64,000 nucleotides of DNA from Myxococcota bacterium (GTDB taxonomy: Bacteria; Myxococcota_A; Bradymonadia; UBA7976; UBA1532), in contig JAKLJY010000020.1 of NCBI GenBank assembly GCA_023150895.1, forward strand, positions 2,092 to 66,091. The letters are read 5' to 3'. Shown here one piece after another: positions 11,677-20,569 of the stretch (positions are counted from its first letter, which is position 1; each line of letters opens with the position of its first letter). Under the pieces are notes generated by a model. It saw only the letters and a program-made list of their open reading frames with translations, was not told where the DNA came from and ran no database searches. The position numbers and the translations under genes are program-made.

Positions 11677-13518
11677 TCAGTCGTCGCCGTCGTCTTCGAG
11701 CGCGTCCTCGTCGACGATGTCGATGGAGCCGGTTTCGCCGGGCGGGCGCCCCCGCAGCCGCGCGGGATGGCGGGCGAGGTCGACCGTGACACGACCGTCC
11801 GCGCCATCGGCCGGGGGGGGCGCCAGGGCAGGCAAGGGCGTATCGAGAAGCGTCGGCGGGCTGGCGGGTCGGGGGAGCGCGGCCACCACGGGCACCGTCG
11901 GGGCGGCCTCCGCCGCGTCCGGTGCGGGCGTGTCGAGCGCGACCGGCTCGAGCGCCTCCGGCGGGAGCGACTCTACGGGACCCGCCGTGGCCGAGACCTC
12001 CGGTGCGCGGACCGGGGCCGGCTCCGGGGTCGGCGCATCGACGTGGACGACCTCGCGGCCGGTAATGCCCGGACGGTCGTCGAGATCGGCGTCGCCGAAC
12101 TCGGCCGCCGCAGGGTCGAGGCGCAGAAGCGGATCAGTCTGCACTTGCTCGCTGTCGGCGAACAGGAAGCCGGGGATGAGCTCGTCCGTCACGCCGACGG
12201 GCAGGCCCGCGACGGCGGCGACGGCGGGATCGAGCGCCGGCATCTCGGCGACGACGCCCCCAATCTGGTGATGCCGGAGGACGTCGATCGTCTCGCGCGA
12301 CGAGAGAAGCTCGTTGTTGGTCAGGCGCAACCGGGTGTTGAGCACCTGAATGAAGCTCCACATGAGCTTCACCGCCATGTTCGGGTCGCGCCGCATGATC
12401 TCGTAGAACTGCTGGCGCTGGATGACCAGCACCTTGCTGTCCTCGACCACCCGGGCCGTGGCCGACCGGGGCGACTTGTCGACCATCGCCATCTCGCCGA
12501 AGTGGCCTCCGGCGCCGAGCTCGGCCAGGAGCAACCCGCCCTTCGAGATTGCTACCCGCCCCTGGAGAATGAGGTAGAACTCCTCGCCCCTCGAGCCCTC
12601 TTCGAAGATGAGCTGGCCCGCGGGGACCCGGCGGCTGTCGGTGATGTTCATCACCTTCACGAGCCCCTTGTAGCTCAGGTACTTGAACAACGGGATCGCG
12701 CGCAGGGTGTCGAGCTTGAGCCGCACCTCGGTCATGCGCTCGTTGCGGGACTCGTCGGCTTCGGCCTGAATCCGGACGACGACGGACGTGATGTTGTCCT
12801 TGCCGCCGGCGTTGTTCGCGAGCTCGATGAAGCGGTCCGGGATCTCCTTGACGTTCTCGGCGCCGAGGATGTGCCGGGTCGTTTCGTTGTCGAGGTAGCA
12901 GGACAGCCCGTCGCTGCAGAGCAGAAAGTTGTCGGACGGCAGGATGTCGAAGTCGAGCGTATCGACTTCGACGGATTCGTAGACCCCGACGGCGCGCGTC
13001 ACCGCGTTCTTGTAGGGGCTGTCGAAGACGTCGCCGGGCTTGAGGCGACCGCGCTTGATCAACTCGTTGACGAGGCTGTGGTCTTCGGTCAGCTGGTGCA
13101 CCTGACCGCTGCGCAGCAAGTAGATGCGGCTGTCGCCGACGTGGCCGATGAAGCCGCGTCGGCCGGCGATGAGCAGCATGCACAGGGTCGTCCCCATGCC
13201 GCGGCGCTCGGGCGTCTCCTGCGCCATCTCGAAGATGCGTGCGCACGCGTGCTGAATGGCCTGCTCGATCAGCCGCAGGACCTCCTGACGGCCCGTGGGG
13301 CTCTCCTCGCGGGCGTAGCCTTCGACGACCTCGCGGTTGTCGGAGACGATCCGGCGGACCTCGCGGACGGCCACGGACGAGGCGATCTCGCCCGCGGCGT
13401 GACCGCCCATGCCGTCGGCCACGATGAAGAGGTTCAACTTCTTGTCGACCAGGAAGTTGTCCTCGTTGTGCTCGCGCGTGCGGCCCTGGTGGGTCGCCGC
13501 CCAGAAGCGGACCTGCAT
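11677..13518 (-). CDS. PP2C-family Ser/Thr phosphatase fused to a cyclic-nucleotide-binding domain and a Pro/Ala-rich acidic tail
   Basis: FIVADGMGGHAAGEIAS...DNITSVVV (PP2C); AIPLFKYLSYKGLVKV...GEEFYLILQGRVAI...GHFGEMAMV...RSATARVV (cNMP-binding); start at MQVRFWAATHQG (ATG 13516-13518), the upstream track ORF being Arg-rich junk. Confidence 0.85.
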   Translation of the reverse strand: MQVRFWAATHQGRTREHNEDNFLVDKKLNLFIVADGMGGHAAGEIASSVAVREVRRIVSDNREVVEGYAREESPTGRQEVLRLIEQAIQHACARIFEMAQETPERRGMGTTLCMLLIAGRRGFIGHVGDSRIYLLRSGQVHQLTEDHSLVNELIKRGRLKPGDVFDSPYKNAVTRAVGVYESVEVDTLDFDILPSDNFLLCSDGLSCYLDNETTRHILGAENVKEIPDRFIELANNAGGKDNITSVVVRIQAEADESRNERMTEVRLKLDTLRAIPLFKYLSYKGLVKVMNITDSRRVPAGQLIFEEGSRGEEFYLILQGRVAISKGGLLLAELGAGGHFGEMAMVDKSPRSATARVVEDSKVLVIQRQQFYEIMRRDPNMAVKLMWSFIQVLNTRLRLTNNELLSSRETIDVLRHHQIGGVVAEMPALDPAVAAVAGLPVGVTDELIPGFLFADSEQVQTDPLLRLDPAAAEFGDADLDDRPGITGREVVHVDAPTPEPAPVRAPEVSATAGPVESLPPEALEPVALDTPAPDAAEAAPTVPVVAALPRPASPPTLLDTPLPALAPPPADGADGRVTVDLARHPARLRGRPPGETGSIDIVDEDALEDDGDD

Positions 13519-13700
13519 GGTCTTCGGCGTCCGTCGTGGGTCAGTCTTGGTGTCGTGTTTAACCCGGTTCCCCCCCGAGGTCAAAGGCCTTGGGTGGCGG
13601 GCGCCCGGCGGTTTTCTGTTGCTTTGGCGCGATCGCGTGGTGAGATGCGCTCCGACCGGGACCCCTCCCCGGCTCGCGACGACACCGAGAGAGCACGAGC

Positions 13701-14819
13701 ATGGCCGCAAGCGACGACGGAACGATCGACATCCGACGCAAGATGCGCGAGGACTGGGACCGCCGGGCGCGGGTCGATCCCCGTTACTGGGTGGCGGCGA
13801 CGGCCGAGGCCGACGAGGCGAGTTACCTCGAATCCGCCGAACGCGACGCCGCGTCCCTGCTGGACGGGCTCCGCGGTCGCATCGGGCCCGAGGGGCGGGT
13901 GCTCGATCTCGGTTGCGGCATCGGGCGCCTGTCGGCGCAGATCGCGGGCCGGTTCGCCGAGGTGGTCGGGGTCGACGTGTCACCCGCCATGATCGAGGCG
14001 GCGCGCGCGCTGCACGCGGGTCGCCCTGGGCTGCGCTTCGAGGCCAACTCCGGCAACGACCTGGCCGACTTCCCGACGGGCTCGATGGACCTCGTCTTCA
14101 GCTACTCGGTGCTGCCCCACCTGCCCGCCGACGTGCTCGAGAGCTATTTCCTCGAGGTCGGGCGGGTGCTTCGCCCGGGGGGATGGTTCCGCTACCAGTT
14201 CTGGATCGGGCCGCCCCACGACGCATCGACCTCCGACACGCTGACCATCCGCGTCTACGACCGGGCGACGTTCGACCGCCTGAACGCCGAAGCCGGCCTG
14301 ACCGTCGCCGAGATCGACGAAATCGACTACTTCGACCCCGTGCTCCAGCTCAAGCCGGTCTGGGTCAACGCGACGCGGACATCGACCCCGGCCCGGGCGG
14401 TGCCCGAACTCGCCGCACGCGCCTCTGCCGCGGCCCCGGAGGAGCGGGAGCTCGAGTACGGGCTCCTCCTGTATCTGGCCGTCAAACACGACGAACGCGG
14501 GGACGTCGGTGAGGCAGAGCGCGTTCTCGAGCAGTGTGTCGCGCTGGATCCCGGACGCCCGGAGGCCTACATCCAGTGGTCTCGTCATCGGCTCGACCAG
14601 GACGACGTCGAGGGCGGGTTGAAGCTGCTCGAGGCCTTGACCGACGCCGTCCCCGACTGCGCGCCGGGCTGGTTGTATCGGGCCCAGTTTGCAGAGGCCA
14701 AAGGCGACAAGGCCGCTGCGACGGCCGCCCTCGACCGCCTCGCGGCGCTCCGCCCGCCCGAAGCGGAGCTCCGGAAAGAAGCCCAGGCCATGCGCCGCCG
14801 CCTGCGCGGGGGACGCTGA
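13701..14819 (+). CDS. Class I SAM-dependent methyltransferase with a C-terminal TPR-like helical region
   Basis: Motif I VLDLGCGIGRLS and post-I VVGVDVSPAMI, MDLVFSYSVLPHL; C-terminal helical repeats. Confidence 0.75.
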   Translation: MAASDDGTIDIRRKMREDWDRRARVDPRYWVAATAEADEASYLESAERDAASLLDGLRGRIGPEGRVLDLGCGIGRLSAQIAGRFAEVVGVDVSPAMIEAARALHAGRPGLRFEANSGNDLADFPTGSMDLVFSYSVLPHLPADVLESYFLEVGRVLRPGGWFRYQFWIGPPHDASTSDTLTIRVYDRATFDRLNAEAGLTVAEIDEIDYFDPVLQLKPVWVNATRTSTPARAVPELAARASAAAPEERELEYGLLLYLAVKHDERGDVGEAERVLEQCVALDPGRPEAYIQWSRHRLDQDDVEGGLKLLEALTDAVPDCAPGWLYRAQFAEAKGDKAAATAALDRLAALRPPEAELRKEAQAMRRRLRGGR

Positions 14820-14825
14820 GCCGCT

Positions 14826-16013
14826 TCAGGTGGCCTGAAGGCCCCGGAGCTTCTGGCAGAGGACCTCGAGCGCCCGGTGTTGCCGCTGCTCCAGCCCGCG
14901 GAACGCGCAGCAAAGCCGAACGTAACCGTTGCCGAACGGCACCCGGGCGACCACCTCGACGGCGACGCTCTGCGTCACCCGACCGTAAAGCTCGATGGTC
15001 GCGTCCCGAACCATGGCGCCGACGTCCGTCGCCGTTCGCGCGTCGAAGATCAACGAGGCGCCCCCGGGCCCGATGTCGACGACGCGGAACGGCCGGGCCT
15101 CGCCGCTGATCTGGCCGAGCGCGTTGCGCACGGGGAGCCGCACATCGACGAGTTCCTTTGCGCCGACCGCGCACCGCTCGACCTTGCGACGCTGCCGGCG
15201 TTGCACGACATCCGGCCAGAGGAGGGCCAGCCGCGCATCTTGCCCGCCCGCCGTCCGGGTCTTGAATCCGATCGTCAGACCGTTGACCACGACGCTGACG
15301 GCGACGGGTTGCCCCGGCCGCCACCCGATGCCCACCATGTCCGTCCCCGCGAGGGCGATCTCGATCTGGCGCGGCGGTCGGGCGGGATCACGGAGGTTGA
15401 CCCCGGCCGGTGCCTGGAGGAGACCGGGAAAGAACGTCCCGGGCGTCACCAGGAACACGAGGCAAGGGCGACCCTGCTCGACGGCGCCGGCCAGGAGGTC
15501 GACAATCCGACCCCGATGGTTGACGGGCGTCGCGTCGCTCGGATCGGCAAGCGTGATGTCGAAGCCTTCGAACATGCGCGCCATCGAGGTCACGTTGCCC
15601 CAGAGCTGCTCGCGGACCGCGAACCGGTAGACCGTCCGCGGGAAGTCGACGACCAGCCCCGACAGCGGCACCTCGGCGACGTGGACGTGGCAGCCCCACC
15701 ACGCGCCCTCGTGCCGCCAGGACAACCGGACCGCCTGACCGACCCGCAGCGGTCGCGCGTTGGGCCCGTGGTCGGGCCGAACGAGGTCGATGCGGGCTTG
15801 CCCTGGGACCGGGCGAAGGCGATCCACGAGGTACCGGCGAATCTCATCGTCTTCGTCGGTCGTCACCACGACGCGCCCGGCCCCGACCTGCCGGTTCAGG
15901 CCGGTCGCGTTCGCCAGATCCCCGAAGACCGGCTCGGCCAGGTTGATCCGGGACAGACTGGGGTCCCAGTAGGTGTCCCGGGCCTCGGGGAGCGTGCGGG
16001 CTGCGGTCCTCAT
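14826..16013 (-). CDS. YcgR-like PilZ-domain protein (c-di-GMP receptor)
   Basis: C-terminal PilZ signatures RRQRRKVER (RxxxR) and DIGPGGASL (DxSxGG); strong AGGAGG RBS upstream of ATG 16011-16013. Confidence 0.7.
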   Translation of the reverse strand: MRTAARTLPEARDTYWDPSLSRINLAEPVFGDLANATGLNRQVGAGRVVVTTDEDDEIRRYLVDRLRPVPGQARIDLVRPDHGPNARPLRVGQAVRLSWRHEGAWWGCHVHVAEVPLSGLVVDFPRTVYRFAVREQLWGNVTSMARMFEGFDITLADPSDATPVNHRGRIVDLLAGAVEQGRPCLVFLVTPGTFFPGLLQAPAGVNLRDPARPPRQIEIALAGTDMVGIGWRPGQPVAVSVVVNGLTIGFKTRTAGGQDARLALLWPDVVQRRQRRKVERCAVGAKELVDVRLPVRNALGQISGEARPFRVVDIGPGGASLIFDARTATDVGAMVRDATIELYGRVTQSVAVEVVARVPFGNGYVRLCCAFRGLEQRQHRALEVLCQKLRGLQAT

Positions 16014-16053
16014 CCCTCCTGCCTCCCGGACCCCAGCTCGGGTCCTCGACGGC

Positions 16054-17520
16054 TCAAACCGCCCCGCGGAGCCGGGCGAGGAGCTTGTCGTGGATGCCCT
16101 CGAAGCCGCTCGAAGACATGAAGACCACCACGTCGCCCGGCTGCGCCTCGTCGGCGAGCAGGGTCACCAGCGCGTCGACGGTCGGGCGGTGCCGTGCCGG
16201 CCGTCCGCGCGCCGTGAGATCCGCGACGAGCTGATCGAGATCGAGCTTCTCGTCGGCGGTCAGCTTGTCGTCTTTGACGAACGGCCGCGAGAAGAGCACC
16301 TGGTCGGCGGCGTCGAAACAGGCCGCATAGGCCTGCTGATGGACATTGCGGCGCGCGGTATTGCTCTTGGGCTCGTAGACGGCCCAGAGACGGCGACCCG
16401 GATAGCGAGCCCGCAGGGCTCGGAGTGTCTCGTCGATGGCCGTCGGATGGTGACCGTAGTCGTCGATGACGAGGACGCCCCGCGCTTCGCCCTTCTCTTC
16501 TTGGCGCTTCTTGACGCCGCGATACTCGGCGAGACCCGCCACGGCCGCTTCGATGGAGTAGCCGAGCGAACGGGCCACGCCGATGGCCGCCAGCGCATTC
16601 CACACGTTGTGACGACCCGCGAGCGGGCTCTGCACTCGGCCGCGGGCGAGCCCGTCCTCGATGAACGTGAACGCGCAGCCGGCGGCGTTCGGCTCCACGT
16701 CGATTGCGCGCAGGCTCGCCTCCGGGCCGAAGCCGTACGTGCGGACCCGCCCCTGCGCCCGCGCCGCCCGTTTCATGACCAGGGGATCGTCGACGTTGGC
16801 GAGGAGAAGCGTCTCGGGGCCGAGGAGGTCCATCAGGCGGTCGAAGTTCTCTTCGATCTCCTCGAGCGTGTCGTAGATGTCGGCGTGGTCGAATTCGATG
16901 TTGTTGAGGATGCAGATGCGGGGGCGGTAGTGGAGGAATTTCGGCCCCTTGTCGAACCAGGCGGTGTCGTATTCGTCGCCCTCGACGACGAAGGGCGCGC
17001 CGGCGCCGCCCCCGAGGAGGAACGTGGAATCGAAGTTCCGCGTGACGCCCCCCACGAGCATCCCAGGCGCGGCCCCGACGTGGTGCAGCACGCAGGTCGT
17101 CAGGGCCGTGGTGGTCGTCTTGCCGTGCGTCCCCGTCACGACGACCGGCACGGCGTCCTCGAGGAAGAGATCACCGAAGGCCTGCGGAAACGAGACCGAC
17201 GGGATGCCACGCGCCTCGGCGGCGACCGACTCCGGATTGTCGCGCCGGCAGACGTTCCCGACGATGACCAGGTCCGGTGCCCAATCGAGGTGGGCGGCGT
17301 CCCAGCCCTCCATCCACGGAATGCCGAGCGCGGAGAGCTCCGTGCTCATCGGCGGGTAGACGTTGCGATCGGAGCCGCGGACCTCGAACCCGGCGGCCTG
17401 CAGCATCCCCGCGAACGCCCCCATGCCGGCGCCCGCAATCCCGATGAGATGGATCTTGTGGACCTCGGCCCGGGGCGGCATCGGACGGCGGACGAACCAG
17501 GGCTGATTGGGTTTGGTCAT
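16054..17520 (-). CDS. mpl: UDP-N-acetylmuramate:L-alanyl-gamma-D-glutamyl-meso-DAP ligase (murein peptide ligase); alternative start at ATG 17481
   Basis: KIHLIGIAGAGMGAFAGMLQAAGFEVRGSDRNVYPPMS matches the Mpl N-terminus; Mur-ligase motif VTGTHGKTTTT; the 300-aa upstream portion of the track ORF is non-coding junk. Confidence 0.85.
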   Translation of the reverse strand: MTKPNQPWFVRRPMPPRAEVHKIHLIGIAGAGMGAFAGMLQAAGFEVRGSDRNVYPPMSTELSALGIPWMEGWDAAHLDWAPDLVIVGNVCRRDNPESVAAEARGIPSVSFPQAFGDLFLEDAVPVVVTGTHGKTTTTALTTCVLHHVGAAPGMLVGGVTRNFDSTFLLGGGAGAPFVVEGDEYDTAWFDKGPKFLHYRPRICILNNIEFDHADIYDTLEEIEENFDRLMDLLGPETLLLANVDDPLVMKRAARAQGRVRTYGFGPEASLRAIDVEPNAAGCAFTFIEDGLARGRVQSPLAGRHNVWNALAAIGVARSLGYSIEAAVAGLAEYRGVKKRQEEKGEARGVLVIDDYGHHPTAIDETLRALRARYPGRRLWAVYEPKSNTARRNVHQQAYAACFDAADQVLFSRPFVKDDKLTADEKLDLDQLVADLTARGRPARHRPTVDALVTLLADEAQPGDVVVFMSSSGFEGIHDKLLARLRGAV

Positions 17521-17598
17521 GGCGCCGGCTTCTACACCGCGACGTGAGGGCTTGCAACGATCGCTCACGTTCGGCATCGTGCGCGTGCTTCCCGAAAG

Positions 17599-17615
17599 GC
17601 TGAACAGATGTCCAG
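17599..17615 (-). promoter_or_regulatory. Candidate LexA (SOS) box of the myxobacterial type, overlapping the uvrA start codon
   Basis: Minus-strand CTGGACATCTGTTCAGC matches the deltaproteobacterial/M. xanthus LexA consensus CTRHAMRYBYGTTCAGS at 16 of 17 positions; uvrA is a classical SOS gene. Confidence 0.35.
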
Positions 17616-20505
17616 ACAATCGCACCCCTCGGCGACGGGCGATGTCCCGGCGGCCGAGCGCGTCACCGAACTCGACCACATCATCGTCCGCGGCGCGCGC
17701 GAGCACAATCTGAAGGGAATCGACCTCGAGATCCCGAAGAAGAAGCTCGTCGTCTTCACGGGCGTCTCCGGCAGCGGCAAGTCTTCGCTCGCCTTCGACA
17801 CGCTGTTCGCAGAGGGCCAGCGCCGCTACGTCGAGAGCCTCTCGGCGTATGCCCGGCAGTTCCTCGGGCAGATGGAGAAACCGCACTACGACTCGATCCG
17901 CGGGCTCTCGCCCACGATCAGCATCGAGCAGAAGGCGGCCAGCAAGAACCCGCGGTCGACCGTCGGCACGATCACGGAAATCTACGACTACCTGCGCGTC
18001 CTGTATGCGCGCGTCGGCGAACAGCGCTGCCATCTCTGCGGGCGGTCCGTGGAGCCTCAGACGGCTCAGCAGATCGTCGAGGAGCTCACGCACCTGCCGG
18101 AGGGCACGAAGTTCATCGTGCTCGCGCCCGTCGTCGAACACCGCAAGGGCGAGCACAAGGAGCTGCTCGACGAGCTGCGCGGTCAGGGATATGCGCGTCT
18201 CCGGGTCGACGGAGAGATGATCGAACTCGACGAGAAGACGACGCTCGACAAGAAGCGCCGGAACCGCGTCGACGTCGTCATCGATCGGCTCGTCGCACGC
18301 CCCGAGCAGCGCGCACGCCTCACGGATTCGGTCGAGGCCGCCCTGCGGCGCGGCGACGGCAAGCTCATCGTGAGCGCCGTCGGCGAGCGCGAAGATCGCC
18401 TCTTCAGCGAGAACCGTTGGTGCGCGCACTGCGGTGTCGGATTCCCCGAACTGTCACCACAGAGCTTCAGCTTCAACAGCCCCCTGGGGATGTGCCGCGA
18501 GTGCAACGGCCTCGGCACGGCGCTGGAGATCGACCCGGCGCGGGTCGTGCCCGATCCGGTCCTCTCGGTCAACGCCGGTGCGATCAAGCCGTGGCGGACG
18601 CTGCTCAACCACCCCGCCGGCTCCTGGACGAAGAAGATCCTAGAGGCCGTCGCGCTGACGTTCGGAATCGATCTCGACGCCCCCTGGGAGGGCCTGGCAA
18701 CCGAGCATCGGGCGCTCTTGCTCGAGGGTACGGGCGAACGCGAGATCGAGCTGAAATGGCGACGCGGCCACGGGACGGAGACCTTCGCGACCGCTTGGGA
18801 GGGCGTGTTGCCGACGATGATGCGCCGCTGGCGGGACGCCACCACGGAGGAGGCCCGCCTCAGCCTCGCGGCGTACTTCAGCAACGCGCCCTGCCGTGCA
18901 TGCCGAGGCACACGCCTGCGCCCGGAATCGGCCTCCGTTCAGCTCGGCGGGCGGTCCATCCTCGAGATCAACGGGGCCACCATCGCCGAGGCGCACCGAT
19001 TTCTCTCCACGCTCGCGCTGACCGGCGCCCGGGGTCTCGTCGCGGCCGAGCTCACGAAGGAGATCTGCGGTCGGCTCCGGTTCCTGCTCAACGTCGGGCT
19101 CGAATACCTCTCCCTCGACCGCCCCGGACCGACGCTCTCCGGCGGCGAGAGTCAGCGCATCCGGCTCGCCAGCCAGATGGGCAGCGAGCTCACGGGCGTG
19201 CTCTACATCCTCGACGAGCCGTCCATCGGCCTGCACCCGCGTGACAACCGTCGCCTCATCTCGACGCTCGAGCACCTGCGCGACCTGGGCAACAGCGTGC
19301 TCGTGGTCGAACACGACGAAGAGATCATGGCGCTCTGCGATTGGATCGTCGACTTCGGTCCCGGTGCGGGCAGGCTCGGCGGGGAGGTCATCGTCAGCGG
19401 CCCGCCCGAGGCCGTGCGCGCCCACCCGACGAGCCTCACGGCGGCCTACCTCTCCGGGCGTCGTCGCATCGAGTTGCCCGAGCGGCGGCGGGTTCCGGAC
19501 CCCCAGCGGCAGGTTCGCATCCGCAACGCGCGGGCCAACAACCTGCTCGGCGTCGACGCCGCGTTTCCGATTGGTCTGTTCACCTGCGTCACGGGCGTCA
19601 GCGGCGCCGGCAAGAGCACGCTGGTGAACGACATCCTGCTGCCGGCGGCGGCGCGCGCGCTCAATGGCGCCAACGAGGTCCCGGGACCCCACGACGGCCT
19701 GACCGGCCTCGAGCACCTCGACAAGGTCATCGACATCGATCAGAGCCCGATCGGGCGCACGCCGCGCAGCAACCCGGCGACCTACACGAAAATGTGGGAC
19801 GACATTCGGGAGGTCTTCGCGTCGACCCGCGAGGCGAAGGCGTACGGTTTCGGCGCCGGCCGATTCAGCTTCAATGTCAAAGGCGGCCGCTGCGAGCGAT
19901 GCGAAGGGGCAGGCGTCACCAAGGTCGAAATGCACTTCCTCGCGGACGTCTATGTCCCGTGCGAAGAGTGCAAGGGGCGCCGGTTCAACGACGCCACGCT
20001 CCGGGTCCGGTATCGCGACCGCAGCATCAGCGAGATTCTCGACACGACGATCGACGACGCGGCCGAACTCTTCCAGAACCACCGCAAGATTCAACGCAGT
20101 CTCCGCACCCTCCAGGACGTCGGACTCGGCTATCTCCAATTGGGGCAGCCCTCGACGACGCTCTCCGGAGGCGAAGCGCAACGCATCAAACTGAGCCGCG
20201 AACTGTCCCGGACGGCGACCGGCCGGACGCTGTACATCCTCGACGAACCTTCCACCGGGCTGCACTTCGAGGACATCCGGCGCCTGCTCGAGGTCGTGCA
20301 GCGCCTGGTCGAGGCGGGCAATACCGTCGTGATGATCGAGCACAATCTCGACATCATCAAAACGGCGGATTGGGTGGTCGATCTCGGCCCCGAGGGCGGG
20401 TCCGGCGGTGGCCGCGTGCTCGCCGTCGGTACGCCCGAGGAGGTGGCGACGATCGAAGGGAGCCACACCGGACGTTCTCTCCGTACGGTGCTGCCGGGTC
20501 GCTGA
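17608..20505 (+). CDS. uvrA: Excinuclease ABC subunit A
   Basis: 965 aa; [58 protein letters not shown], two ABC ATPase modules and zinc-finger Cys clusters. Confidence 0.95.
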   Translation: MSRQSHPSATGDVPAAERVTELDHIIVRGAREHNLKGIDLEIPKKKLVVFTGVSGSGKSSLAFDTLFAEGQRRYVESLSAYARQFLGQMEKPHYDSIRGLSPTISIEQKAASKNPRSTVGTITEIYDYLRVLYARVGEQRCHLCGRSVEPQTAQQIVEELTHLPEGTKFIVLAPVVEHRKGEHKELLDELRGQGYARLRVDGEMIELDEKTTLDKKRRNRVDVVIDRLVARPEQRARLTDSVEAALRRGDGKLIVSAVGEREDRLFSENRWCAHCGVGFPELSPQSFSFNSPLGMCRECNGLGTALEIDPARVVPDPVLSVNAGAIKPWRTLLNHPAGSWTKKILEAVALTFGIDLDAPWEGLATEHRALLLEGTGEREIELKWRRGHGTETFATAWEGVLPTMMRRWRDATTEEARLSLAAYFSNAPCRACRGTRLRPESASVQLGGRSILEINGATIAEAHRFLSTLALTGARGLVAAELTKEICGRLRFLLNVGLEYLSLDRPGPTLSGGESQRIRLASQMGSELTGVLYILDEPSIGLHPRDNRRLISTLEHLRDLGNSVLVVEHDEEIMALCDWIVDFGPGAGRLGGEVIVSGPPEAVRAHPTSLTAAYLSGRRRIELPERRRVPDPQRQVRIRNARANNLLGVDAAFPIGLFTCVTGVSGAGKSTLVNDILLPAAARALNGANEVPGPHDGLTGLEHLDKVIDIDQSPIGRTPRSNPATYTKMWDDIREVFASTREAKAYGFGAGRFSFNVKGGRCERCEGAGVTKVEMHFLADVYVPCEECKGRRFNDATLRVRYRDRSISEILDTTIDDAAELFQNHRKIQRSLRTLQDVGLGYLQLGQPSTTLSGGEAQRIKLSRELSRTATGRTLYILDEPSTGLHFEDIRRLLEVVQRLVEAGNTVVMIEHNLDIIKTADWVVDLGPEGGSGGGRVLAVGTPEEVATIEGSHTGRSLRTVLPGR

Positions 20506-20569
20506 GCGCCGCCCATTGACGGGACGGTGCCCGACAGAGGACCCTCACGCGTCCCCTTCCGGAGCCCCC

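Noticed and set aside
18640-20466. 608-aa minus-strand ORF inside uvrA
   Set aside because: Antisense to a clearly conserved UvrA.
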